NCBI GenBank assembly: GCA_963728505.1
Contig: CAVSKH010000003.1
Span: 513,352-577,351, forward strand
DNA length: 64,000 nucleotides
From: an uncultured Actinomycetota bacterium
GTDB lineage: Bacteria > Actinomycetota > Actinomycetes > Propionibacteriales > Nocardioidaceae
Direction of reading: 5' to 3'
The translations under genes and the position numbers were made by a program. Position 1 is the first letter of the stretch. Each line of letters opens with the position of its first letter. The notes under the pieces are model-generated. The model was given only the letters and a program-made list of their open reading frames with translations, was not told the origin of the DNA and made no database searches. Positions 26,781 to 34,699 of this stretch are shown in pieces.

Positions 26781-27641
26781 TCAGCCCTGGTCGAAGGCGG
26801 CGCGCACCGCGGCCATGTCGGCCCCGCCCAGCCCGTCCTCGGATGCATCGGCGTAGTGAGAGCGGATGGTCTCCAGCAGGTCGGTGCGCAGGCCGCGGGC
26901 GCCGGCCTGCTCGAGCATCAGCGCGACGTCCTTGAGGACGCCGTCGAGCGCGAAGCTGGGGGTCTCCCAGTCACGGCGCAGCATCAGGTCGCCCTTGAGG
27001 TGGAGGTACGGCGCGTCCACCGGCCCACCCTTGACCGCCTCGAGGAAGAGCTGCGGATCGATCCCGAACGTCTCGGCCATCGCGAGCGCCTGAGCGGCGC
27101 CGGCGTTGACCAGGGCGACCCAGGAGTTCGCGACCAGCTTGAGCGCGCTGGCGCCACCGAGCTCGTCACCGACCTGGACCGTGCGCGAGCCGATCGCCTC
27201 CAGCGCCGGTGCCGCAAGGGTGCGGGCCTGCTGCGGGCCGGAGAGCAGGATCACGAGAGCGCCGTCCTCGGCGGGCTTGCGGGTGCCGAGCACCGGCGCG
27301 TCGAGCAGGCGGTCCGCGACCTCCCCGGCGGCCTCGGTGATCCGGCGCATGCCGTCCGGGCCGACGGTGCTGCTCTGCGACCAGACCGCGTCGGGGCCCA
27401 GGGCCCCGACCAGCTCGTCGGTCACGGCGAGGACGCTGTCGGCGTCGTACAGCATGGTGAAGACGACGTCGGCTCCGGTGACCGCCTCGGTCACCGAGCC
27501 GGCCGCGGTGATGCCGTCGCCGGCAGTCGCCTCGGCGCGCTCCGCGGTGCGGTTCCACACGGTGACCTCGTGACCCTCGCGGGCCAGCGACCGCGCCATG
27601 CCGGCGCCCATGATTCCGGTGCCCAGGACTGTGACTCTCAT
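26781..27641 (-). CDS. NAD(P)-dependent oxidoreductase, 3-hydroxyisobutyrate/6-phosphogluconate dehydrogenase-like
   Basis: MRVTVLGTGIMGAGMARSL Rossmann N-terminus, and family-typical length. The start is taken at the ATG at 27641 inside track ORF 26781..27710. Confidence 0.8.
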   Translation of the reverse strand: MRVTVLGTGIMGAGMARSLAREGHEVTVWNRTAERAEATAGDGITAAGSVTEAVTGADVVFTMLYDADSVLAVTDELVGALGPDAVWSQSSTVGPDGMRRITEAAGEVADRLLDAPVLGTRKPAEDGALVILLSGPQQARTLAAPALEAIGSRTVQVGDELGGASALKLVANSWVALVNAGAAQALAMAETFGIDPQLFLEAVKGGPVDAPYLHLKGDLMLRRDWETPSFALDGVLKDVALMLEQAGARGLRTDLLETIRSHYADASEDGLGGADMAAVRAAFDQG

Positions 27642-27873
27642 GGCGCCATCGTGGCATCGCGAGCTCCTGGGGTGAGGACCGCGGTCACGACGTGCCATGC
27701 AGCAGGACATCGGTGACGGATCCGCAGCAGGACATCAGGGACGCTTCGCGTGGTCGTGGTGGTGACATCTCTGCCCCGCAGGCTGCGGCGGTGGCTGCCC
27801 CGGAGACCCCTCGATCCTCGATCCTCGTTCCCGTCCTGGCGAAGCAGCGGCCAACGCGCCAGGACGGATCGCG

Positions 27874-28452
27874 TCACGCCGGAACTCGCGTGGACCGATA
27901 TCGCAGAGCGACTGCCCCCGACCGGAACTCATGGTGATCCACGAGCTCGAGCTGGATGCGTTCGCGCAGACCGGCGAGCAACGTCGGCCCGTGTCCGGCA
28001 AGGACCGGCTGCACAAGGAGCTCGTACTCGTCGATCAGTCCCAGATCCGCCAACGCCAATGGCAGCGTCACCCCGCCCACCCACAGGCCCTGGCCTGGCT
28101 CCTGCTTGATCCGCTGAACCGCTTGACCCAAGTCGCCCTGCACCAGCTCGGCATTCCAGTCGACCTCGCTCAGCGTGCTCGAGACGACGTACTTCTTCGC
28201 CCGGTCGATGGTCTCGGCGAACGGGACCTCCCACTCGTCCATCCAGTCAGGCCACGTGCCCGTGGCCGGTCTCCGCCATGCCGACTCCATCATCTCGTAG
28301 GTCACCCGGCCGAACAGCAGGGCATCGGCTCGTGCCATCTCAGCGGTCCAGTAGCGCATCGACTCCTCGTCCGGTGGAAGCCCTGCCTCGTGATGGCAGC
28401 AGCCGTCGAGCGTGACGTTGATCGAGTATCGAAGTGGTCTCATCTCGTTCAT
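27874..28452 (-). CDS. dihydrofolate reductase family protein (RibD C-terminal domain type)
   Basis: Motifs: YSINVTLDGCC, LFGRVTYEMM, VVSSTL, WVGGVTLPLALADLGLIDEYELLVQPVLAG. ATG at 28452 or 28443, with aggag upstream. Confidence 0.8.
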   Translation of the reverse strand: MNEMRPLRYSINVTLDGCCHHEAGLPPDEESMRYWTAEMARADALLFGRVTYEMMESAWRRPATGTWPDWMDEWEVPFAETIDRAKKYVVSSTLSEVDWNAELVQGDLGQAVQRIKQEPGQGLWVGGVTLPLALADLGLIDEYELLVQPVLAGHGPTLLAGLRERIQLELVDHHEFRSGAVALRYRSTRVPA

Positions 28453-28592
28453 CTCCTGTGATGCGCGTCCGCGTACGCCCGCCCGTACATCCGACTGTTG
28501 TCGGCGCCATTCCTCATCGGTGTCCTGATGCAGAACTGTCACCGATGGCCTGGGACATCACAACCGCGGTCGCGACGGTTGCGGTCGGTGGG

Positions 28593-28607
28593 TGAACATT
28601 TCTTCGA
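28593..28607. promoter_or_regulatory. SOS-box-like site (GAAC-N4-CTTC) upstream of DUF222/HNH gene
   Basis: tGAACatttCTTCGA lies 63 nt upstream of the ATG at 28670, in a locally AT-richer patch. The actinobacterial LexA consensus is TCGAAC-N4-GTTCGA. This site has one mismatch in the core half-sites and further mismatches in the flanks. Confidence 0.3.
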
Positions 28608-28669
28608 AAAGCGTCCATGTGCTGAGACGGGCCAGCGGCATTGTCGGTGGTCACCGCGAGGCTTGATCC

Positions 28670-30046
28670 ATGACCAGCACCGACCCGCCGCCCTCCCGCG
28701 AGGAGTCCGGTCCGGCGCAGAGGCTGGCCGAGCTGGGCGACGTCGTGGACGCCGTGGCTCAGACGATGTGGGCGGCGCGCTCCGGCGCCGACCTCACGGA
28801 CACGGTCGAGGTGATCGCCTCGCTGAGGGCCAAGCTCGATGCAGTGGAGCTTGCCGTGGTGCATGAGCTCGACGCGGGCCCCGCCGGCCAGGAGGCGCTG
28901 AAGCGCGCCGGCTGGGCATCGGTGAAGGACTTCGTCACCCACGCGACCGGGGGCCGCCGCAGCGCCGGCCCCGGCTCGCTGCGGCTGGCTCGGCACCTGG
29001 ACGACCTCCCGGCACTGGCCGAGGCGCTCGCGGCCGGTCGCGTCTCACGGGTCAAGGCCCAGGTCATCGCCACCGCCGTGGACAAGCTCCCGCTGGGCGG
29101 CGACGTCCGCGAGCGGGCGCTGGAGTTCCTCATCGACCGCGCCGAGCAGCTGTCCACCGAAGATCTCGAGCATGCTGGGCGCCACGTCCTGGAGGTGGTC
29201 GACCCTGACGGGGTCGACGCCGAGCTCGAGCGCGGGCTGGAGCGCACGGAGAGGGCAGCGCATCTCAACCGCGAGCTGACGGTGCGCTTCGACCGCCTCG
29301 GAGGCGGCTCCGGGCGCTTCAGCGGCGCCAAGGAGGACGTGCTGCTGCTCAAGACGGTGCTGATGTCGCTGGCGGCACCACAGCCGTCGGAGCCCGGCGC
29401 CTGCGGCGGTGACGCCGAGTGCACGAGCAAGGAGTGCCGGGCCAGTGGCCACTCCGGGCACGACCCGCGTGAGCACGGCACCCGCATGTTCGACGCCCTG
29501 ATCGAGCTCGCCCGCACCGGCCAGGCCACGGGGGCACTGCCCGAGTGCCACGGTGGGGTCCCGCAGCTCGCGGTCACCACGGACTACGACGACCTTCTCG
29601 CCGGCGCCACCATGGGCGGCACCACCCTCGGCGAGGAGCTGGACCCCGCGACCGTGCGGCGGCTGGCCTGCGACGCAGCTGTCATCCCCGTGGCGCTCGG
29701 AGGGGACGGCGTCGTGCTCGACGTCGGTCGCACCCAACGCCTGGTCACGCCCGCGATCTGGACCGCGTTGGTGGTGCGCGACCAGCACTGCGCCTTCCCC
29801 GGCTGCCGGCGCCCGCCGGTGATGTGCCACGCCCACCACATCCGGCACTGGATCGACGAGGGCGGGACGAGTCTGGACAACCTTGTGCTGCTCTGCGGCA
29901 CGCACCACCGCCTGATCCACAGCACGCCGTGGGAGGTCCGGCTCGACTGGCACGACCGGCGGCCGGACTTCAGACCACCTGAGCGACAGCAGTGGATCCG
30001 GGACCGCGGCGGCACCGGTCCGCCCGGGAGACGCCTCGCCGCGTGA
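28670..30046 (+). CDS. DUF222 domain / HNH endonuclease (13E12-repeat-type protein)
   Basis: C-terminal HNH: DQHCAFPGCRRPPVMCHAHHIRHWIDEGGTSLDNLVLLCGTHHRLIH. The N-terminal architecture is typical of actinobacterial DUF222 proteins. Confidence 0.85.
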   Translation: MTSTDPPPSREESGPAQRLAELGDVVDAVAQTMWAARSGADLTDTVEVIASLRAKLDAVELAVVHELDAGPAGQEALKRAGWASVKDFVTHATGGRRSAGPGSLRLARHLDDLPALAEALAAGRVSRVKAQVIATAVDKLPLGGDVRERALEFLIDRAEQLSTEDLEHAGRHVLEVVDPDGVDAELERGLERTERAAHLNRELTVRFDRLGGGSGRFSGAKEDVLLLKTVLMSLAAPQPSEPGACGGDAECTSKECRASGHSGHDPREHGTRMFDALIELARTGQATGALPECHGGVPQLAVTTDYDDLLAGATMGGTTLGEELDPATVRRLACDAAVIPVALGGDGVVLDVGRTQRLVTPAIWTALVVRDQHCAFPGCRRPPVMCHAHHIRHWIDEGGTSLDNLVLLCGTHHRLIHSTPWEVRLDWHDRRPDFRPPERQQWIRDRGGTGPPGRRLAA

Positions 30047-30072
30047 TTCGTTGGAGTCCGCGCCGACTGCGC

Positions 30073-30942
30073 TCAGGTCTCGTCGTCCGGCAGACCCACC
30101 TGACAGCCGGGGCACCAGTAGAGGTTGCGGCCCGCGAGGTCGGCCTTGCGCACGGTCTCGCCGCACCGCGGGCAGTCCTCGCCGTGGCGGCGATAGACCG
30201 CGTACGACGGGCTGATGCGGGTGCTCCGACCGTCGCGCAGCAGGCGTCGGGCACGGCGCACGTCGGCGTCGTCGACCAGGATCCGCCCGGTCTCCACCCC
30301 GAGTGGCATCAGTCGCACCAGGTCGCGCCACAGAGCCCGGACCACGTCCTCGTCGAGCGCCCGCCCGGGAAGGTAGGGGTCGAGGTGATGCCGGTGCAGC
30401 AGCTCGGCGCGGTAGACGTTGCCGACTCCGGCGATCAGCGCCTGGTCCATCAGGATCTGCCCGATCGGGCGCCGGCTGGCCAGGATCCGCTGCACCGTCT
30501 GCTGCGGGATCGTCCTGCGCCGCAGCGGGTCGGCCCCGATCCGCGTGGCCTTGGCCTCCCACTCCGGGACCGTGAGCAGCTCGCAGGTCGTCGCGCCGCG
30601 CAGGTCGGCGACGTGGGTGTCGCTGAGCAGCCGCATCCGCACCTGTCCGACGACCGGCACCTGGGCCTGCTCCCGCTCGAGGTCGGGAGCCGGATCCGGC
30701 CGACGGTGCTGCTGCACGCTGAGCTTGCCGAACAGCCCGAGGTGCACGTGGACCAGCCGGTCCCCCGCGAACCGGATCGTCAGGTGCTTGCCGAAGGCCT
30801 CCGCCCCTTCGAAGGCCAGCTCGTCGAGCATCGCCGCGCTCTCCACGAAGCGACCCTGCGGCGACGAGACCCGCGGGTGTGCGCCCTCGAAGGCGGCGTT
30901 CAACCGGCGCGCCAGCGCGTGAATCGTGTGCCCCTCCGGCAC
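30073..30942 (-). CDS. nei: Fpg/Nei family DNA glycosylase (endonuclease VIII-like)
   Basis: GTG at 30942 followed by PEGHTIH (N-terminal catalytic Pro). AGGAGG lies 6 nt upstream. H2TH motif GVGNVYRAELL. C-terminal zinc finger CPRCG...YWCPGCQ. Confidence 0.85.
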   Translation of the reverse strand: MPEGHTIHALARRLNAAFEGAHPRVSSPQGRFVESAAMLDELAFEGAEAFGKHLTIRFAGDRLVHVHLGLFGKLSVQQHRRPDPAPDLEREQAQVPVVGQVRMRLLSDTHVADLRGATTCELLTVPEWEAKATRIGADPLRRRTIPQQTVQRILASRRPIGQILMDQALIAGVGNVYRAELLHRHHLDPYLPGRALDEDVVRALWRDLVRLMPLGVETGRILVDDADVRRARRLLRDGRSTRISPSYAVYRRHGEDCPRCGETVRKADLAGRNLYWCPGCQVGLPDDET

Positions 30943-31148
30943 CGGCGACCTCCTGGTTGGCTCACCCTCGGTGGTTGAGGGCTCCGCAACGCTACCCGGA
31001 ACCCTGCGACCGGCCGGCGGACGCCGGGTCGCTGTGGTCACAGCCGAGATCGTCGAGCAGGTGAAACCTGTCACCTGTGACCACACGAGCGGTCGACGCG
31101 AGAACCGACCCCGGCCGCTGAGGGCGTTCTGCCCAGAGCCCGACCGGG

Positions 31149-31568
31149 TCAGTTGAGCAGGTCGTCCTGGAAGTCGCGCTCGCACTCATCGATGGCGGCC
31201 TGGTCACTACCCGCGTCCTGCAGGCAGTCGCGCAGGTTCTGGCCGGTGTCGCTGTTGAGCAGGGAGGCACCGAGCGCGATGAGACCGATGGCGACGACTA
31301 CACCGAGCATGCCGGTGATGATGCCGGCGATAGCCATCCCTCGGCCGCCGCCCTGCCCGCGCTTGGCCTTCCCGGAGGCGATGAAGCCGAGGATGATCGC
31401 GATCAGACCGAACAGGATGCCGACAACGACGGTGACCGATCCGATCAGTGCGATGAGGCCGAGGACGAGTGCAGTGACCGCCATCCCCGAACCGCCCCGG
31501 GGTTGCTGTGGCGGCTGATCCTGGCCATAACCCTGACCGGGTGGTGGCGGGTAGGACTGTCCGGACAT
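31149..31568 (-). CDS. DUF4190-like small membrane protein with Pro/Gln-rich N-terminus
   Basis: MSGQSYPPPPGQGYGQDQPPQQP is followed by two Gly/Ile/Leu-rich TM helices and a Cys-containing tail. Confidence 0.65.
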   Translation of the reverse strand: MSGQSYPPPPGQGYGQDQPPQQPRGGSGMAVTALVLGLIALIGSVTVVVGILFGLIAIILGFIASGKAKRGQGGGRGMAIAGIITGMLGVVVAIGLIALGASLLNSDTGQNLRDCLQDAGSDQAAIDECERDFQDDLLN

Positions 31569-31770
31569 ACGTCTCACATCCCTCGCGACTGTGCCGTGGC
31601 GACGGAGGCTATCTCGCGCTTCGCGCGAATTGACCAGGACACACCGAGACCGGTCCCACCTTCACCCGAGCGGCCGCCCCGTCCACGTCCACGGACGGTT
31701 GCGGCCATGGCTCCCGTCACTGTTTCGGGTTCGGGCATGCCTCCCACGCAACCACAGCAGCCGGGTGAAA

Positions 31771-31875
31771 CGCATTGTGCTCCTCGGTGCGACCGGCTAC
31801 ACCGGGTCGCTGACCGCGCAGGCACTGGTGGAGCGCGGCGCCTCCCCGGTGCTCGCCGGTCGCAACCCGGCAGAC
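31771..31875 (+). pseudogene. duplicated 5' fragment of the saccharopine-dehydrogenase-like gene (copy of 36017-36119)
   Basis: About 105 bp with only 4 mismatches to 36017-36119. It encodes RIVLLGATGYTGSLTAQALVERGASPVLAGRN, then breaks off. Confidence 0.85.
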
Positions 31876-31956
31876 CCGCAGCATCAGCCCGCCCTGCCCA
31901 CTGACTCCGACCGCCACGTGGCCGTCGAGCATGAAGCCGATCCCGCCGAACATCTG
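31874..31956 (-). pseudogene. duplicated internal fragment of the TfoX-N gene (copy of 37461-37543)
   Basis: 83 bp with 1 mismatch to 37461-37543. It encodes QMFGGIGFMLDGHVAVGVSGQGGLMLRV and is fused directly to the sdh-like fragment. Confidence 0.85.
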
Positions 31957-32077
31957 CCGGCGACGAGAACTGAGGGTAGTTCGGCCGCTCGCACCACAGG
32001 GTGCCGTCGTTGTCGAAGCAGGCCACCCGCTGCTCGACCGGCACCGACCGGGCCGCATCGAGGAAGGCGAGGACGGC

Positions 32078-32098
32078 GTCGCGGGTCGCGGGTCGCGC
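32078..32098. repeat. 7-bp x3 tandem repeat (gtcgcgg/gtcgcgg/gtcgcgc)
   Basis: Read directly from the sequence. One extra unit relative to the frame needed for the HAD N-terminus causes a frameshift. Confidence 0.85.
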
Positions 32099-32136
32099 CA
32101 GGCCGCCAGGCCGCCAGGCCGCCAGGCCGCCAGGCC
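32097..32136. repeat. 8-bp x5 perfect tandem repeat (gccaggcc)
   Basis: Five back-to-back perfect copies inside the HAD remnant, a non-triplet period. The copy number keeps the frame relative to a 2-copy state (+24 nt). Confidence 0.9.
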
Positions 32137-32152
32137 GGCAGGATCTCGCTAC

Positions 32153-33088
32153 TCATGGCGCCGTCTCCTCGCCACCGCGACGTACGCACCGGAACCCTTG
32201 GTGGCTGGTGCCTGTGTCGATCATCTGCGGCCGTCGCGCCGCGGGTCGGTAGCGCAGGCAGTAGGAGTCGGCGCAGAGGTGCGATCCACCCTTCACAACC
32301 TTGCGGCCGATCCGGAACTGCGGCTGGGCGGGGTCATAGCTCTGGTCCAGGTCCCCGCCACGCGGGTTGCTCGGCTGGCAGCACGGCCTGTCGACCTCGT
32401 CGGGATGGCGCTCGGTCCACCAGTCATCGGTCCACTCCCAGACGTTGCCCGCCATGTCGAAGAGCCCATAGCCGTTGGGCGGGAAGCTACCGACCGGGGC
32501 GGTGCGGAGGAAGCCGCTCTCACCGCTGCTCCGCCACGGGAAGTCCGGACCGTCCCAGGTGTTCGCCATGATCCGGCCGGCCGGCCTGGCTTCGTCACCC
32601 CAGGTGAAAGCCGCCCCCTCGAGGCCACCACGCGCGGCATACTCCCACTCGGCCTCGGTCGGGAGCGAGGTGCCGGTCCAGGCGGCGTAGGCCTGCGCGT
32701 CCTCGTGGGCGACATGTACGACGGGATGGTCGAGCAGCTTGTCGATCGAGCTCCGCGGGCCGCGTGGGTGATCCCAGCAGGCGCCCGGCTTCCAGCGCCA
32801 CCACTGGCTGAGGTGGCGCAGGTCGACCGGTCCGCGGGTGGGCGTGAAGACCATCGACCCGGGTTTGAGGTTCTCGGCGGGCGCGTCCGGGAAGTCGGCG
32901 GGGTCCAGCTCACGCTCAGCGACGGTGACATATCCGGTGGCGGCCACGAAGGCCGCGAACTCGGCGTTGGTCACCGCGGTCGCGTCGATCGAGAAGGCGT
33001 CGACCCGGACGCGGTGGGTCGGCGCCTCCTCCGGGTAGTGCTCGTCGGAACCCATGGTGAACGTGCCCCCGGCCAGGTTGACCTTCAC
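32153..33088 (-). CDS. formylglycine-generating enzyme (SUMF1/FGE family)
   Basis: Motifs: MGSDEHYPEEAP, LPTEAEWEYAARGG, GNVWEWTDDW, KGGSHLC. GTG start 1 nt after the sulfatase stop. Confidence 0.85.
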   Translation of the reverse strand: MKVNLAGGTFTMGSDEHYPEEAPTHRVRVDAFSIDATAVTNAEFAAFVAATGYVTVAERELDPADFPDAPAENLKPGSMVFTPTRGPVDLRHLSQWWRWKPGACWDHPRGPRSSIDKLLDHPVVHVAHEDAQAYAAWTGTSLPTEAEWEYAARGGLEGAAFTWGDEARPAGRIMANTWDGPDFPWRSSGESGFLRTAPVGSFPPNGYGLFDMAGNVWEWTDDWWTERHPDEVDRPCCQPSNPRGGDLDQSYDPAQPQFRIGRKVVKGGSHLCADSYCLRYRPAARRPQMIDTGTSHQGFRCVRRGGEETAP

Positions 33089-33089
33089 C

Positions 33090-34589
33090 TCAGCTGCTCG
33101 GGACGCCAGCCTGGAGCTTCTCCAGCACCTGGTCGATGTTGAAGCTGGCGGGCTTCTGGCGCGGCGGGAACTCGGCCAGGGTCTGGAGCATGTGCGCGAC
33201 GTAGGCCTGCGCCGGGACGAACGCCCAGACGTGGTCGAGCACCCAGTCGTAGTAGGTGTTGGAGGTGACGTCGGCCCGCTCGTAGGGATCGGTCCTCAGG
33301 TTGAACAGCTTGGGGAACCGCAGCTCGGTGAACGGTTCGGCCCAGATGCGGAGTGTGCCTTCGGCGCGCTGCTCGAGGAAGACGAACTTCCAGTTGTCGT
33401 AGCGCAGCGCGGTCAGGTCGCCGTCGTCGGAGACGTAGAAGAAGTGCTGGCGCGGACTTTCGGCGGCCTCGCCGGTGAGGTAGTCGAGCTGGTTGTGGCC
33501 GTCGAGATGCACCTTGTACGTCGTGCCGGCCAGGTCGGTGCCGGTCTTCAGCCGGTCGGCCACGTCGACGTCGCCGGCAGCGGCCAGGAGCGTGACGAAC
33601 CAGTCGTTGTGGCTGACGATCCCGTTGAGCACCTGGCCTGGAGCGATCCGGCCCGGCCAGCGCACCATGGCAGGGACCCGGTAGGCGCCCTCCCAGTTGG
33701 AGTTCTTCTCGTTGCGGAACGGTGTCATGCCACCGTCGGGCCAGGTGTTCATGTGCGGACCGTTGTCCGTGGAGTACATGACGATGGTGGTGTCGGCGAG
33801 GCCGCTTTCGTCCAGGTAGTCGAGGACCGAGCCGACCAGCTCGTCGTGGTCGCACATGGTGTCGTGGTACTCCGACTGCCAGCGACCGGCCCTGCCTCTG
33901 CTGCCGTCCTTGATGTGCGTGCGGAAGTGCATGTGCGTGGTGTTGAGCCAGAGGAAGAACGGCGTGTCGCTCTCCTTGGCGTCCGTCATGAAGCGCAGCG
34001 CCTCAGGCAGGATCTCGTCGTCGATCGTCTTCATCCGCTCCTTGGTGAGCGGTCCGGTGTCCTCGATGCGCTGGGTGCCGTCCGGGTTGGCCCACGAGTG
34101 CATGACCCCGCGGGGTCCGAAGTTCTTCCGGAAGTCCGGGAACTCCTCCTCGGACGGGTAGTCGTACAGCTCCGGCTCCTCCTCCGCGTTGAGGTGGTAG
34201 AGGTTTCCGAAGAACTCGTCGAACCCGTGCGCAGTGGGTAGGAACTCGTCGCGGTCGCCGAAGTGGTTCTTGCCGAACTGGCCGGTCGCATAGCCGAGGT
34301 TCTTCAGCGCGGTCGCGATCGTCGGGTCCTCGGCACGCAGCCCGATGTCGGCTCCCGGCATGCCGACCTTGGTCAGCCCGGTGCGGTAGGGGTTCTGGCC
34401 GGTGATGAACGCCGCGCGACCCGCCGTACAGCTCTGTTCACCGTAGTAGTCGGTGAACCGGACGCCTTCTTCAGCCACTCGGTCGATGTTCGGCGTGCGG
34501 TAGCCCATCAGCCCGTCGCTGTAGCAGCTCAGGTTGCTGACACCGATGTCGTCACCCCAGATGACCAGGATGTTGGGTCTCTCGGACAC
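33090..34589 (-). CDS. arylsulfatase (Cys-type, FGly-dependent)
   Basis: NILVIWGDDIG, and sulfatase signature SCTAGRAAFITG (C-x-A-x-R). GTG at 34589 is preceded by gaggag. No signal peptide seen. Confidence 0.85.
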   Translation of the reverse strand: MSERPNILVIWGDDIGVSNLSCYSDGLMGYRTPNIDRVAEEGVRFTDYYGEQSCTAGRAAFITGQNPYRTGLTKVGMPGADIGLRAEDPTIATALKNLGYATGQFGKNHFGDRDEFLPTAHGFDEFFGNLYHLNAEEEPELYDYPSEEEFPDFRKNFGPRGVMHSWANPDGTQRIEDTGPLTKERMKTIDDEILPEALRFMTDAKESDTPFFLWLNTTHMHFRTHIKDGSRGRAGRWQSEYHDTMCDHDELVGSVLDYLDESGLADTTIVMYSTDNGPHMNTWPDGGMTPFRNEKNSNWEGAYRVPAMVRWPGRIAPGQVLNGIVSHNDWFVTLLAAAGDVDVADRLKTGTDLAGTTYKVHLDGHNQLDYLTGEAAESPRQHFFYVSDDGDLTALRYDNWKFVFLEQRAEGTLRIWAEPFTELRFPKLFNLRTDPYERADVTSNTYYDWVLDHVWAFVPAQAYVAHMLQTLAEFPPRQKPASFNIDQVLEKLQAGVPSS

Positions 34590-34699
34590 GGACTGCTCCT
34601 CAGGGACGCGCGAACGATCGACGCCACACGGGTCGACCGCCGCCACCGTAGGCAGCGCGCCGAGCAGGTGACCTCACCCCGGGCGGACGATGCCTCCCC

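Larger units (their letters stand above)
31957..32156 (-). pseudogene. 5' remnant of a HAD-family hydrolase gene, frameshifted and truncated
   Basis: ATG at 32156 overlaps the FGE stop (ATGA). ATRDAVLAFLDAARSVPVEQRVACFDNDGTLWCERPNYPQF (DxDGT motif) is readable only after removing a 7-bp duplication. The reading frame ends at the junction with the TfoX fragment. Confidence 0.6.

Noticed and set aside
27699-27736. Direct repeat gcagcaggacatc x2 (27699-27711 and 27724-27736) and cctcgat x2 nearby, in the intergenic region upstream of the oxidoreductase gene
   Set aside because: Only 13 bp, with no palindromic partner or known regulator consensus. This is not enough to call an operator.
31591-32571. 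326-aa plus-strand ORF starting with an SDR-like N-terminus
   Set aside because: It is a chimeric artefact. Only the first roughly 33 codons are sdh-like (the duplicated fragment). The remainder reads antisense through the TfoX fragment, the HAD remnant, the microsatellites and the 3' end of the FGE gene.
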